DNA from: Eledone cirrhosa | Taxonomy: Eukaryota | Direction of reading: 5' to 3' | NCBI GenBank assembly: GCA_964016885.1 | Contig: OZ024765.1 | Span: forward strand, 19,282,001-19,346,000 | DNA length: 64,000 nucleotides | The notes under the pieces: model-generated | Seen by the model: the letters and a program-made list of their open reading frames with translations, nothing else | The model's database searches: none | What the model was told of the DNA's origin: nothing | Part shown: positions 45,075 through 57,896 of the stretch, piece by piece | How positions within the stretch are numbered: position 1 is the first letter of the stretch | Layout: each line of letters starts with the position of its first letter | Translations under genes and position numbers: made by a program

Positions 45075-45916
45075 ATATATTCCGTTTCTGAATTTGTTTA
45101 GCAAGATTATTTATCTGAAAATGTGTGTTGAAACCGATATTGTTATACTTTGGGAGGGTCATGTTGCCAATAAGAAACACAGGCACCAGTTGCTTTCACT
45201 TCAATTTATTATAAATTAAATTTATAAATTTAGGAATTTATAAATTTCCAGTTGGCGAGCTCAACCTAGATCATCCTACATACAATTGACCATGGTTTTC
45301 CCAGATGAAGGCCAGCCATATTTAGGGTTTGACCCTAGGCTTTGTTGATGGTGGTAATCGCGAAGCTTAGTCTCTCTGTTGCTCTAGTAACATTTTTTCT
45401 TCTGGAAAATCTGATCTTGCGGCCAGGCTAGGACTTTTTGGGTGGCATATCGGCAGTAACAATGACGATAAGCCGTCTGTGCTTTCGCGAAATAAATACG
45501 CTTGTTTATATTTTGTTTTTGTGTATGCAAAAATATCTGTACACGAATATATAATTATATATATATATATATATTAAAATAACAGATTAAAGTTTAAGCA
45601 AAGAATCGCTGCTTTCACCCTTAATGGGATCTTCTGAAACTAAATAAAAATCAATCTGTGAACGCAGAAGTAAATATTTTGAAAAACGTTGCAACCGAAA
45701 GAAAACAGGAAGATGATACTTTGGTTCGTGGAGACGTTAGGAATGTCGTATAACCGGAAGTGTTGACATTTGAAAATTTTAAAGAAGTGAATATTTAAAT
45801 AATGTCTTTAATCTTTTAACAAAATTCAGTAGACAAAAATACGCTCACTTTCTCACTTGGAAAAAGTTACATCTATCGTGCAAATTTGGTGCTGTTTGTT
45901 CCAGCCGCTTGGTGGA

Positions 45917-47231
45917 AAGTTTGTTACTTACATACGGCTGTCAGCTTTATAGTATAGATATATATATAAGTTTGTTACTTACATATGGCCGTCAGCTTTA
46001 TAGTATAGATATATATATAAGTTTGTTACTTACATACGGCCATCAGCTTTATAGTATAGATATAAGTTTGTTACTTACATATGGCCGTCAGCTTTATAGT
46101 ATAGATATATATATAAGTTTGTTACTTACATATGGCCGTCAGCTTTATAGTATAGATATATATATAAGTTTGTTACTTACATATGGCCGTCAGCTTTATA
46201 GTATAGATATATATATAAGTTTGTTACTTACATACGGCCATCAGCTTTATAGTATAGATATATATATAAGTTTGTTACTTACATATGGCCGTCAGCTTTA
46301 TAGTATAGATATATATATAAGTTTGTTACTTACATATGGCCGTCAGCTTTATAGTATAGATATATATATAAGTTTGTTACTTACATACGGCCATCAGCTT
46401 TATAGTATAGATATATATATAAGTTTGTTACTTACATACGGCCGTCAGCTTTATAGTATAGATATATATATAAGTTTGTTACTTACATATGGCCATCAGC
46501 TTTATAGTATACATTTATATATAAGTTTGTTACTTACATATGGCCGTCAGCTTTATAGTATAGATATATATATAAGTTTGTTACTTACATATGGCCGTCA
46601 GCTTTATAGTATAGATATATATATAAGTTTGTTACTTACATATGGCCGTCAGCTTTATAGTATAGATATATATATAAGTTTGTTACTTACATATGGCCGT
46701 CAGCTTTATAGTATAGATATATATATAAGTTTGTTACTTACATATGGCCGTCAGCTTTATAGTATAGATATATATATAAGTTTGTTACTTACATACGGCC
46801 GTCAGCTTTATAGTATAGATATAAGTTTGTTACTTACATACGGCCGTCAGCTTTATAGTATAGATATATATATAAGTTTGTTACTTACATATGGCCGTCA
46901 GCTTTATAGTATAGATATATATATAAGTTTGTTACTTACATACGGCCGTCAGCTTTATAGTATAGATATATATATAAGTTTGTTACTTACATATGGCCGT
47001 CAGCTTTATAGTATAGATATATATATAAGTTTGTTACTTACATACGGCCGTCAGCTTTATAGTATAGATATATATATAAGTTTGTTACTTACATACAGCT
47101 GTCAGCTTTATAGTATAGATATATATATAAGTTTGTTACTTACATACAGCTGTCAGCTTTATAGTATACATATATATATAAGTTTGTTACTTACATATGG
47201 CCGTCAGCTTTATAGTATACATATATATAAG
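45917..47231. repeat. 51-bp minisatellite, about 26 copies
   Basis: aagtttgttacttacatatggccgtcagctttatagtatagatatatatat. Confidence 0.95.
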
Positions 47232-47779
47232 CATATGTATGATGATGATATAGTTAAAAGATAAAACAAGACAAACACAGAGATGCAAAAACAGAAAGTG
47301 TTAAGTGTCAGTTATAGCTATGGTGAACATGTCTAGGGCAGGGCTATCACCTTGGTAGGTGGAGTTATACATATAATGGGTGGAGTTATAGCTATGGCGA
47401 ACATGTCTAGGGCAGGGTTATCACCTTGGTAGGTGGAGTTATACATATAATGGGTGGAGTTATAGCTATGGTGAACATGTCTAGGGCAGGGTTATAACAT
47501 TGGTAGGTGGCGCTATTGGTAGGTGGGCGGAGTTAAGGATATGATGGGCAAGGCCATAGTTATAATGGAATAGATCTATAGCTATAGTGGGCGGAGCTCT
47601 AGCAATAATGGGTGGGGTTATAGATATGGTAGGCAAGGCCATAGTTATGACAATATGGATCTATAGCTTAGTGGGTGGAGTTAAGGATATGGTAGGTAAG
47701 GTCTATAGCCATGGTGGATGGAGCACTAACAATGAGGAGGTATGGTTATAGCTATGGGGCCAGGGTGTAGCCCTATGGT

Positions 47780-49906
47780 AGGTGGAGCTATGACATTGGA
47801 AGGTGGGCTACGACGTTGGAGGGTGGCGCTACGACGTTGGAGGGTGGCGCTACGACATTGGAGGGTGGCGCTACGACATTGGAGGGTGGCGCTACGCCAT
47901 TGGAGGGTGGCGCTACGACATTGGAGGGTGGCGCTACGACATTGGAGGGTGGCGCTACGACATTGGAGGGTGGCGCTACGACATTGGAGGGTGGAGCTAC
48001 GACATTGGAGGGTGGCGCTACGACATTGGAGGGTGGCGCTACGACATTGGAGGGTGGAGCTACGACATTGCAAGGTGGAGCTACGACGTTGCAAGGTGGA
48101 GCTACGACGTTGGAGGGTGGCGCTACCACATTGGAGGGTGGCGCTACCACATTGGAGGGTGGCGCTACGACATTGGAGGGTGGCGCTACGACATTGGAGG
48201 GTGGCGCTACGACATTGGAGGGTGGCGCTACGACATTGGAAGGTGGAGCTACCACATTGGAGGGTGGAGCTACGACATTGCAAGGTGGAGCTACGACATT
48301 GGAGGGTGGAGCTACGACATTGCAAGGTGGAGCTACGACATTGGAAGGTGGGGCTACGACATTGGAAGGTGGGGCTACGACATTGGAAGGTGGAGCTACG
48401 ACATTGGAAGGTGGAGCTACGACATTGCAAGGTGGCGCTACGACATTGGAAGGTGGCGCTACGACATTGGAAGGTGGCGCTACGACATTGGAAGGTGGCG
48501 CTACGACATTGGAGGGTGGAGCTACGACATTGGAAGGTGGCGCTACGACATTGGAGGGTGGAGCTACGACATTGCAAGGTGGAGCTACGACATTGGAGGG
48601 TGGAGCTACGACATTGGAGGGTGGAGCTACGACATTGCAAGGTGGAGCTACGACATTGGAGGGTGGAGCTACGACATTGCAAGGTGGAGCTACGACGTTG
48701 CAAGGTGGAGCTACGACGTTGGAGGGTGGCGCTACCACATTGGAGGGTGGCGCTACCACATTGGAGGGTGGCGCTACGACATTGGAGGGTGGAGCTACGA
48801 CATTGGAGGGTGGAGCTACGACATTGGAGGGTGGCGCTACGACATTGGAGGGTGGCGCTACGACATTGGAGGGTGGCGCTACGACATTGGAAGGTGGAGC
48901 TACCACATTGGAGGGTGGAGCTACGACATTGCAAGGTGGAGCTACGACATTGGAGGGTGGAGCTACGACATTGCAAGGTGGAGCTACGACATTGGAGGGT
49001 GGAGCTACGACATTGCAAGGTGGAGCTACGACATTGGAAGGTGGGGCTACGACATTGGAAGGTGGGGCTACGACATTGGAAGGTGGGGCTACGACATTGG
49101 AAGGTGGAGCTACGACATTGGAAGGTGGAGCTACGACATTGCAAGGTGGCGCTACGACATTGCAAGGTGGCGCTACGACATTGGAGGGTGGCGCTACGAC
49201 ATTGGAGGGTGGCGCTACGACATTGGAAGGTGGCGCTACGACATTGGAAGGTGGCGCTACGACATTGGAGGGTGGCGCTACGACATTGCAAGGTGGAGCT
49301 ACGACATTGGAGGGTGGAGCTACGACATTGCAAGGTGGAGCTACGACATTGGAGGGTGGAGCTACGACATTGCAAGGTGGAGCTACGACATTGCAAGGTG
49401 GAGCTACGACATTGGAAGGTGGGGCTACGACATTGGAAGGTGGGGCTACGACATTGGAAGGTGGAGCTACGACATTGGAGGGTGGAGCTACGACATTGGA
49501 GGGTGGCGCTACGACATTGGAGGGTGGCGCTACGACATTGGAGGGTGGCGCTACGACATTGGAGGGTGGCGCTACGACATTGGAAGGTGGCGCTACGACA
49601 TTGGAAGGTGGAGCTACGACATTGGAAGGTGGAGCTACGACATTGGAAGGTGGGGCTACGACATTGGAAGGTGGAGCTACGACATTGGAAGGTGGGGCTA
49701 CGACATTGGAAGGTGGAGCTACGACATTGGAAGGTGGAGCTACGACATTGGAAGGTGGAGCTACGACATTGGAAGGTGGAGCTACGACATTGGAAGGTGG
49801 AGCTACGACATTGGAAGGTGGAGCTACGACATTGGAAGGTGGAGCTACGACATTGGAAGGTGGAGCTACGACATTGGAAGGTGGGGCTACGACATTGGAA
49901 GGTGGC
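47780..49906. repeat. 21-bp GC-rich minisatellite, about 100 copies
   Basis: ggagggtggcgctacgacatt and variants; degenerate relatives at 47310-47780. Confidence 0.95.
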
Positions 49907-50047
49907 AATTGTTGCAGGAATGCTACTACTTAAAATAAAATTTCACTGTAGATAGATTAGCAAAATTTAATAAGCGGCAGGTTGGAATAAGAGGGGGTGG
50001 GGTGGAAAACATCTGAAAAATTAATATTCGAGACTTGTGAGTAGCTA

Positions 50048-50805
<758 letters not shown>

Positions 50806-50814
50806 ATATATATA

Positions 50815-51030
50815 ATCATCGTTTAACATCTATCTTCCACGCTAGCATGGGTTAGATGGGAATTGTCCCATTTGAGGCAAGATTGGTCCAGTGACCGTGT
50901 CTCGCTCGTATAGGACTATATCTGGCAGGTTTTCTACGATTGGATGCCCTTCCTAACACCAAACCACATTTGCAGTGTGGACTGGGAGCTTTTTACCATG
51001 TTACCTACACAACAACATTACAGCGTGGAC
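50815..51030 (-). mobile_element. RTE LINE 3'UTR fragment
   Basis: Reverse complement similar to 32340-32550. Confidence 0.75.
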
Positions 51031-51121
51031 ATTTTTTTTTTTTTTTTTTGCTATTGATATGGAAATGGCTTAACTATAGGGCAAAGAATTTTTGTAATAA
51101 TAATGATAATATATATAGGAC

Positions 51122-51320
51122 GAGTTAAGTATAATTAGTTAAACAGTGACATATCAAGCTTAAGTTTGGTTGGGTTATATACTCCAACTCATTCAGACTT
51201 TTTAATAAAAATAAATATCTTTCTAATTTTATATAAAAGTCTGAATGAGTTGGAGCATATAACCCAACCAAACTTAACTACCTGTACATGCTACTGTTGG
51301 AACTAATTATACCTAACTCA
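51122..51320. repeat. Imperfect inverted repeat in a LATS intron
   Basis: ttaagtttggttgggttatat..ctccaactcattcagactttt paired with its reverse complement; weaker outer arms. Confidence 0.75.
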
Positions 51321-51456
51321 TATATGGGACTGAGTACTTTTGCCCTTGGATATTTCTACCAAACATATACTATATATGTATATATGTCTGTGTATATATA
51401 TATATATATATATCAATGATATTAATAAATGGAAACTATATTTATAAAACTATATT

Positions 51457-51517
51457 TATTCTATTATATATATTTCAAGGGTACCAAAACTTTGGTACGC
51501 TCTCATCAGATAAAATA
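51457..51517 (-). ncRNA. Minimal type I hammerhead ribozyme in a LATS intron (sense to LATS)
   Basis: Reverse complement: tattttat CTGATGA gag-c-gtaccaaa-gt-tttggtac-c-ctt GAAA tatata TA atagaata. Confidence 0.75.
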
Positions 51518-52899
51518 CAAAATTTGTTTTATAAATAATGACATATTCAGTTTTATAAATATAGTTTCCAATTATTAATATCATTGATATTATACTCCAG
51601 AAAACCTGTCGAATGCTTCGAATCTGTTATAAATATATTTGTTGAATTACCAACAAATTAAATATTTCTTTGCTTATATATATGTATATATTTATGTATA
51701 TATATATATTTTTTTTTATATATATGTGTGTGTGTGGCAACAAACACTGGTGTGAAGCTGTATTGGTTTTTGCCTTTCTCTTTAACATCATAAATATAGT
51801 GCTGATGTAGAGTATATAAAATATATTGAGAACTGGATTGGTCCCAGTTATCTCCCTTGCTAAAGTCGTCACAGTTGCCTCCCCTGAAAAAAACAACTGA
51901 AACCCAATGGTCACATTATTTGCTAGAAATAGCAACTAAGTATCATACAAACCGCACCGTACTGTCTTAAACAAACAAAGGGACACATTAGATTGTGTAG
52001 TCCTAGATATATTATGTTTGATATAAAGTCAGGATGGCTACGCCAGCAAGGAACGTCTTTCATCATAGTTCTGCTTTACTGAGAACTGCCACAAACACGT
52101 GCAAGTGGCTGAGCACTCTTAACGTAGTTCTCAGGGAGATTCAAGACAACACAGGGTGCAACGGCTGACACTTTTAGTAACAGCTGCAACTAACTTCTAC
52201 CAGTTGAGTCTAAAAAAGTCCGTCTCGAAGCCAGATGCACATCATACTTGTGGTTGTCTCAGTCCCCGTGGTGACAGACTACAAGACTTCCCTCTGGACA
52301 GGACACACAGACAAGGACTTACCTGATCTAATTATAACATCAGGTGTGGTACAGTGAGCCACAAATACACACAGGTTGCCTTAGTTTAATCACCTCAGCT
52401 GTGATATATTTAGGAGTCTGTACATGATAGTCGATCAGACAAGTTTACATCACACAGACAACAACTTACCTGGTTTAATTAAAACATCAGGTGCACTATA
52501 GTTTGGTGTCCTTATGAGAAAGTGGGATTGATATGCACAGACAATGTTTTACCTGATCTAATCAACACCTCAGGTGTGATACAGTTGAGAGTCTATACAA
52601 GAAAGTGGGCCAGACACACATCTAGACAAGGACTTACCTGATCTAATTAAAACTTCAGGTGCAATACAGTTAAATATGCCACTAATACATACAGGTGTTA
52701 CCCAAGTGTCGCCTTACCTGATCTAATCAACACCTCAGGTGTGACAGTGGGCCAGACATGAACAAAAATACAAATCCTTACCCGATATAATCAAAACACA
52801 CAGTCAAGTACATACCTGGTTTAAAAAACTCAGGTGCTATATAATTAATTATGCCACAAATACAGTTTCTCATGGGTTGCCTTACCTGGTTTTAAGTCA

Positions 52900-54542
52900 A
52901 AACCTCAGGTGTCCCTAAAAGACAGTGAAAGAGAAACACACATACAAGGTCTTACCTGATCTAATTAAAACCTCAGGTGTCCTAAAAGACAGTGAAAGAG
53001 AAACACACATACAAGGTCTTACCTGACCTAATTAAAACCTCAGGTGTCCCTAAAAGACAGTGAAAGAGAAACACACATACAAGGTGTTACCTGACCTAAT
53101 TAAAACCTCAGGTGTCCCTAAAAGACAGTGAAAGAGAAACACACATACAAGGTCTTACCTGACTTAATTAAAACCTCAGGTGACCCTAAAAGACAGTGAA
53201 AGAGAAACACACATACAAGGTCTTACCTGACCTAATTAAAACCTCAGGTGTCCCTAAAAGATAGTGAAAGAGAAACACACATACAAGGTCTTACCTGACC
53301 TAATTAAAACCTCAGGTGTCCCTAAAAGACAGTGAAAGAGAAACACACATACAAGGTCTTACCTGACCTAATTAAAACCTCAGGTGACCCTAAAAGACAG
53401 TGAAAGAGAAACACACATACAAGGTCTTACCTGACCTAATTAAAACCTCAGGTGTCCCTAAAAGACAGTGAAAGAGAAACACACATACAAGGTCTTACCT
53501 GAACTAATTAAAACCTCAGGTGTCCCTAAAAGACAGTGAAAGAGAAACACACATACAAGGTCTTACCTGACCTAATTAAAACCTCAGGTGTCCCTAAAAG
53601 ACAGTGAAAGAGAAACACACATACAAGGTGTTACCTGACCTAATTAAAACCTCAGGTGTCCCTAAAAGACAGTGAAAGAGAAACACACATACAAGGTGTT
53701 ACCTGACCTAATTAAAACCTCAGGTGTCCCTAAAAGACAGTGAAAGAGAAACACACATACAAGGTCTTACCTGACCTAATTAAAACCTCAGGTGTCCCTA
53801 AAAGACAGTGAAAGAGAAACACACATACAAGGTCTTACCTGACCTAATTAAAACCTCAGGTGTCCCTAAAAGACAGTGAAAGAGAAACACACATACAAGG
53901 TCTTACCTGATCTAATTAAAACCTCAGGTGTCCCTAAAAGACAGTGAAAGAGAAACACACATACAAGGTCTTACCTGACCTAATTAAAACCTCAGGTGTC
54001 CCTAAAAGACAGTGAAAGAGAAACACACATACAAGGTCTTACCTGATCTAATTAAAACCTCAGGTGTCCCTAAAAGACAGTGAAAGAGAAACACACATAC
54101 ACGGTCTTACCTGACCTAATTAAAACCTCAGGTGTCCCTAAAAGACAGTGAAAGAGAAACACACATACAAGGTGTTACCTGACCTAATTAAAACCTCAGG
54201 TGTCCCTAAAAGACAGTGAAAGAGAAACACACATACAAGGTCTTACCTGACCTAATTAAAACCTCAGGTGTCCCTAAAAGACAGTGAAAGAGAAACACAC
54301 ATACAAGGTCTTACCTGACCTAATTAAAACCTCAGGTGTCCCTAAAAGACAGTGAAAGAGAAACACACATACAAGGTCTTACCTGATCTAATTAAAACCT
54401 CAGGTGTCCCTAAAAGACAGTGAAAGAGAAACACACATACAAGGTCTTACCTGACCTAATTAAAACCTCAGGTGTCCCTAAAAGACAGTGAAAGAGAAAC
54501 ACACATACAAGGTCTTACCTGATCTAATTAAAACCTCAGGTG
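52900..54542. repeat. 68-bp tandem array derived from the LATS exon/intron junction (23 extra copies of the donor)
   Basis: Donor motif spacing 52951 to 54514 equals 67 + 22 x 68. Confidence 0.95.
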
Positions 54543-54692
54543 CAATATAGTTGGGTGTCCCTACGAGAGAATGGGCCAGACATCGTTGTCGCTGCTCCTG
54601 GTATTTCACCTCCAGTGGCTTCAGCTGATCACAGCAACACGGTTCCTCCTTCAACACGACGTCCATTGAACCTTGACGAGGGTGACAGCCAT
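54519..54692 (-). CDS. LATS: LATS/Warts kinase internal exon (autoinhibitory insert, activation loop, subdomain VIII)
   Basis: Translates xGCHPRQGSMDVVLKEEPCCCDQLKPLEVKYQEQRQRCLAHSLVGTPNYIAPEVLIRS-G; RCLAHSLVGTPNYIAPEVL is the LATS activation segment. Acceptor ctaac..ctcttctactgtcacccCAG and donor G|GTAAG; 174 nt, phase 1-1. Confidence 0.95.
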
Positions 54693-54711
54693 CTGGGGTG
54701 ACAGTAGAAGA

Positions 54712-55585
54712 GGTTAGTGTGGTGGTGGAAGTTGTGGTTGTGGTGGTGGAAGTTGTGGTTGTGGTGGTGGTGGTGGTTGTAGTGGTCGTGGTGGTGGTTG
54801 TGGTGGTGGTGGTGGTGGTAGTAGTGGTGATGGTGGTGGTGGTGATTGTGGTGGTGGTGTTGGTAGTAGTGGTGATGGTGGTTGTGGTGGTTGTGGTGGT
54901 GGTGGTGTTGGTAGTAGTGGTGATGGTGGTGGTGGTGATTGTGGTGGTGATGGTGGTTGTGGTGATGGTGGTTGTGGTGGTGGTGGTGTTGGTAGTAGTG
55001 GTGATGGTGGTGGTGGTGGTGGTGGTGGTGGTTGTAGTGGTCGTGGTGGTGGTGGTGGTGGTCGTGGTGGTGTTGGTAGTAGTGGTGATGGTGGTGGTTG
55101 TGGTGGTTGTGGTAGTAGTAGTGGTGGTCGTGGTGGTGGTGGTAATGGTGGTGGTAGTGGTGGTGGTGGTGGTAGTGGTGGTGGTGGTGGTGGTGGTAAT
55201 GGTGGTGGTAGTGGTGGTGGTGGTAGTGGTGGTGGTGGTGGTAATGGTAGTGGTGGTGGTAGTGGTGGTAATGGTAATGGTGGTGGTGATGATGCTGGTC
55301 ATGGTGGTGGTGTTGGTGTTGGTAGTGGTAGTGGTGTTGGTAGAGGTGGTGGTAGTGGTAGTGGTGGTGGTAGTGGTAATGGTGGTGGTGGTGGTGGTGG
55401 TGGTGGTGGTGGTGGTAGTGGTAGTGGTGTTGGTAGAGGTGGTGGTAGTGGTAGTGGTGGTGGTAGTGGTGGTAGTGGTGGTGGTAGTGGTGGTAGTGGT
55501 GGTAATGGTGGTGGTGGTGGTGGTAATGGTGGTGGTGGTGGTGGTGTTGTGGTGGTCGTGGTAGTAGTAGTAGTAATAGTAGTTA
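54712..55585. repeat. (GGT)n-rich trinucleotide repeat
   Basis: Direct reading; abuts the branch point of the LATS exon. Confidence 0.95.
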
Positions 55586-55619
55586 TTTAATTGAAATACA
55601 ATATATTTCATTAGAAACA

Positions 55620-56451
55620 TCGTCAACTGTATGACACCTGTGTGCGAAGTGCAATGCTACATGGTAGTGAAACAGGAGCTGTAACTGCAGAGGACATGTG
55701 GTGCTACATGGTAGTGAAACATGGAATGTGACTGCAGAGGACATGTGGTGCTACATGGTGGTGAAACATGGGCTGTAACTGAAGAGGACATGTGGTGCTA
55801 CATGGTAGTGAAACATGGGCTGTGACTGCAGAGAACATGTGATGCTACATGGTGGTAAAACATGGGATGTGACTGCAGAGGACATGTGGTGCTACATGGT
55901 GGTGAAACATGAGCTGTAACTGAAGAGGACATGTGGTGCTACATGGTAGTGAAACATGGGCTGTGACTGCAGAGAACATGTGATGCTACATGGTGGTAAA
56001 ACATGGGCTGTGACTGCAGAGGACATGTGGTGCTACATGGTGGTAAAACATGGGCTGTAACTGAAGAGGACATGTGGTGCTACATGGTGGTAAAACATGG
56101 GCTGTGACTGCAGGAGAGAAATGAAGCAACAATGTTTTGTCGGATGTGTAATGAGCTTGGATGAACTGAGGGAGAAGCTGGGTTTCAGAGGTGGTGTGCA
56201 GGAGAGAAGACTGCATTGGTATGGACATGTAATGTGCATGAATGACGACTGCTGATGAAGTGACAGGAAATCTTAGTGGAAAGAAGCCACAGTAGAGGTA
56301 GACCAAGGAAGACCTGGGCAAAGGTGGTGAGAGCTGACCTTAAATCATGGAGACTCACAGAGGAGGTGACCAAGGAAGAAAGCGAATAGAAAGATGTTGT
56401 GCTGGGAGGAGCGTGCCCAAACCATGCAAGGAGAAATGAACATAAAAAAGA

Positions 56452-56455
<4 letters not shown>
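55620..56455 (+). mobile_element. Old RTE LINE fragment with an internal 47-bp tandem array (about 55655-56112)
   Basis: LYDTCVRSAMLHGSET.. then repeats, then QERRLHWYGHVM and RGRPRKTW remnants. Confidence 0.85.
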
Positions 56456-56492
<37 letters not shown>

Positions 56493-56528
56493 TACAAATA
56501 TTAATAAAATAGATGTTCTTTTTATCAA

Positions 56529-56588
56529 TTACATTTTATTATACATATTTCGGATGTACAACAGTACGTCCTCATCAGACAAAATATA
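56529..56588 (-). ncRNA. Minimal type I hammerhead ribozyme (sense to LATS)
   Basis: Inverted copy of the 10569-10627 motif, followed by a hairpin at about 56588-56693. Confidence 0.8.
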
Positions 56589-56778
56589 ATGATACATGAC
56601 ATACCCTGAGATGTTAAATGGTTAAGATTTAATCAAGGTAGTACCTTGATTAAATCTTAACCATTTAACATCTCAGGGTATGTCATGTATCATAAGAGCA
56701 AGAATGACAGGGCAATTCTACTGACATGGCTATCGAATCGAATGTTATTAATATTCGAAAAACTCAGATTACATTTAT

Positions 56779-56809
<31 letters not shown>

Positions 56810-56839
56810 AGATCAAAAGATGGTTAAAGGAGTTCCATG

Positions 56840-56910
56840 TATTTTATTATGCGCATTTCAAAAACAAACATCATCATGCAATAATATTTGTGTTTTCATC
56901 AGATAAAACA
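56840..56910 (-). ncRNA. Minimal type I hammerhead ribozyme (left arm of fold-back element)
   Basis: Inverted copy of 57043-57113; same family as 32713-32783. Confidence 0.75.
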
Positions 56911-57042
56911 GGAGAACATGATATGAAGGCTAAAAAACACTTGTGGATAGTGCAGTTTTAAATCAACATATATCATATCATATATGTTGATTTAAAACTG
57001 CACTATCCACAAGTGTTTTTTAGCCTTCATATCATGTTCTCC

Positions 57043-57113
57043 TGTTTTATCTGATGAAAACACAAATATTATTGCATGATGATGTTTGTTTTTGAAATGC
57101 GCATAATAAAATA
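57043..57113 (+). ncRNA. Minimal type I hammerhead ribozyme (right arm of fold-back element)
   Basis: tgttttat CTGATGA aaacacaaatatta..tgatgtttgttttt GAAA tgcgca TA ataaaata. Confidence 0.75.
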
Positions 57114-57473
57114 CATGGAACTCCTTTAACCATCTTTTGATCTTATATTATGTATACTCCAGTCCTACAAACTGTAGAGTGCTTCTTATCCGATATCTGC
57201 ATTGCTTTATTGTACTACAATAAAACTCACCTCCTACATATATATATATATATATAAATTTTAGTACAGCATAGACGGAGCTCTAGTATATGGCCAAGCT
57301 AGCGTGTATGCTTATTCGGTTTGTAGCTTTAGCACTCAGATAAGGTAAGACCCCAGAGTATAACATTATGTTCAGACAGCTTAGCAAATTAGATATAGCA
57401 GTCGGCAGTCCGACCGCATCACGAGAGCAACGAAAATACAGGACCCAGGTAAATATATATATATATATTTACC

Positions 57474-57647
57474 TGGGAAAAACATGGGCGGAGGTAGTGA
57501 GAACAGACCTCAGATCATTGAAGCTCACGGTGGAGATGACGAGGGACCGTGACGAGTGGAGAGATGCTGTGCTGAATAAGATCCGTCCCACCCTTGCAAG
57601 CAGGGAAAAGCGGACGTAAAATGATGATGATGATGATGATGATGATA
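57474..57647 (+). mobile_element. RTE LINE 3' end (family of 26013-26573)
   Basis: KTWAEVVRTDLRSLKLTVEMTRDRDEWRDAVL; (GAT)n tail. Confidence 0.85.
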
Positions 57648-57829
57648 TATTTGTGTGTGTGTGTGTGTGTGTGTGTGTGGATATATATATATATATGTAG
57701 GTCCCCGAGTGGTCTCATTGGTAGAGTATAGGCATCTTCATTGTATATACCAATGACTTCCACAGGCTTAGAACTGTTTCATTCGTATGAAATCGTTGGG
57801 GACAGTTCTAGTTCAGTAGAAGTAATTTC

Positions 57830-57896
<67 letters not shown>

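Larger units (their letters stand above)
56802..57240. mobile_element. Fold-back element with two hammerheads, family C
   Basis: About 170-bp perfect arms 56802-57151 with an 8-nt spacer, plus a tail; flanked by (TA)n; one-armed copy at 32675-32935. Confidence 0.65.

Noticed and set aside
45909-47264. 451-aa ORF (SLLLTYGRQLYSIDIYI)n
   Set aside because: 51-bp unit divisible by 3, antisense within a LATS intron, no ATG start.
47726-49955. 700-aa repeat proteins (LEGGATT)n, (YDIGGWR)n, (HWRVALR)n as structural-protein genes
   Set aside because: Five overlapping frames are open simply because of the 21-bp unit; no signal peptide or unique domain; intronic.
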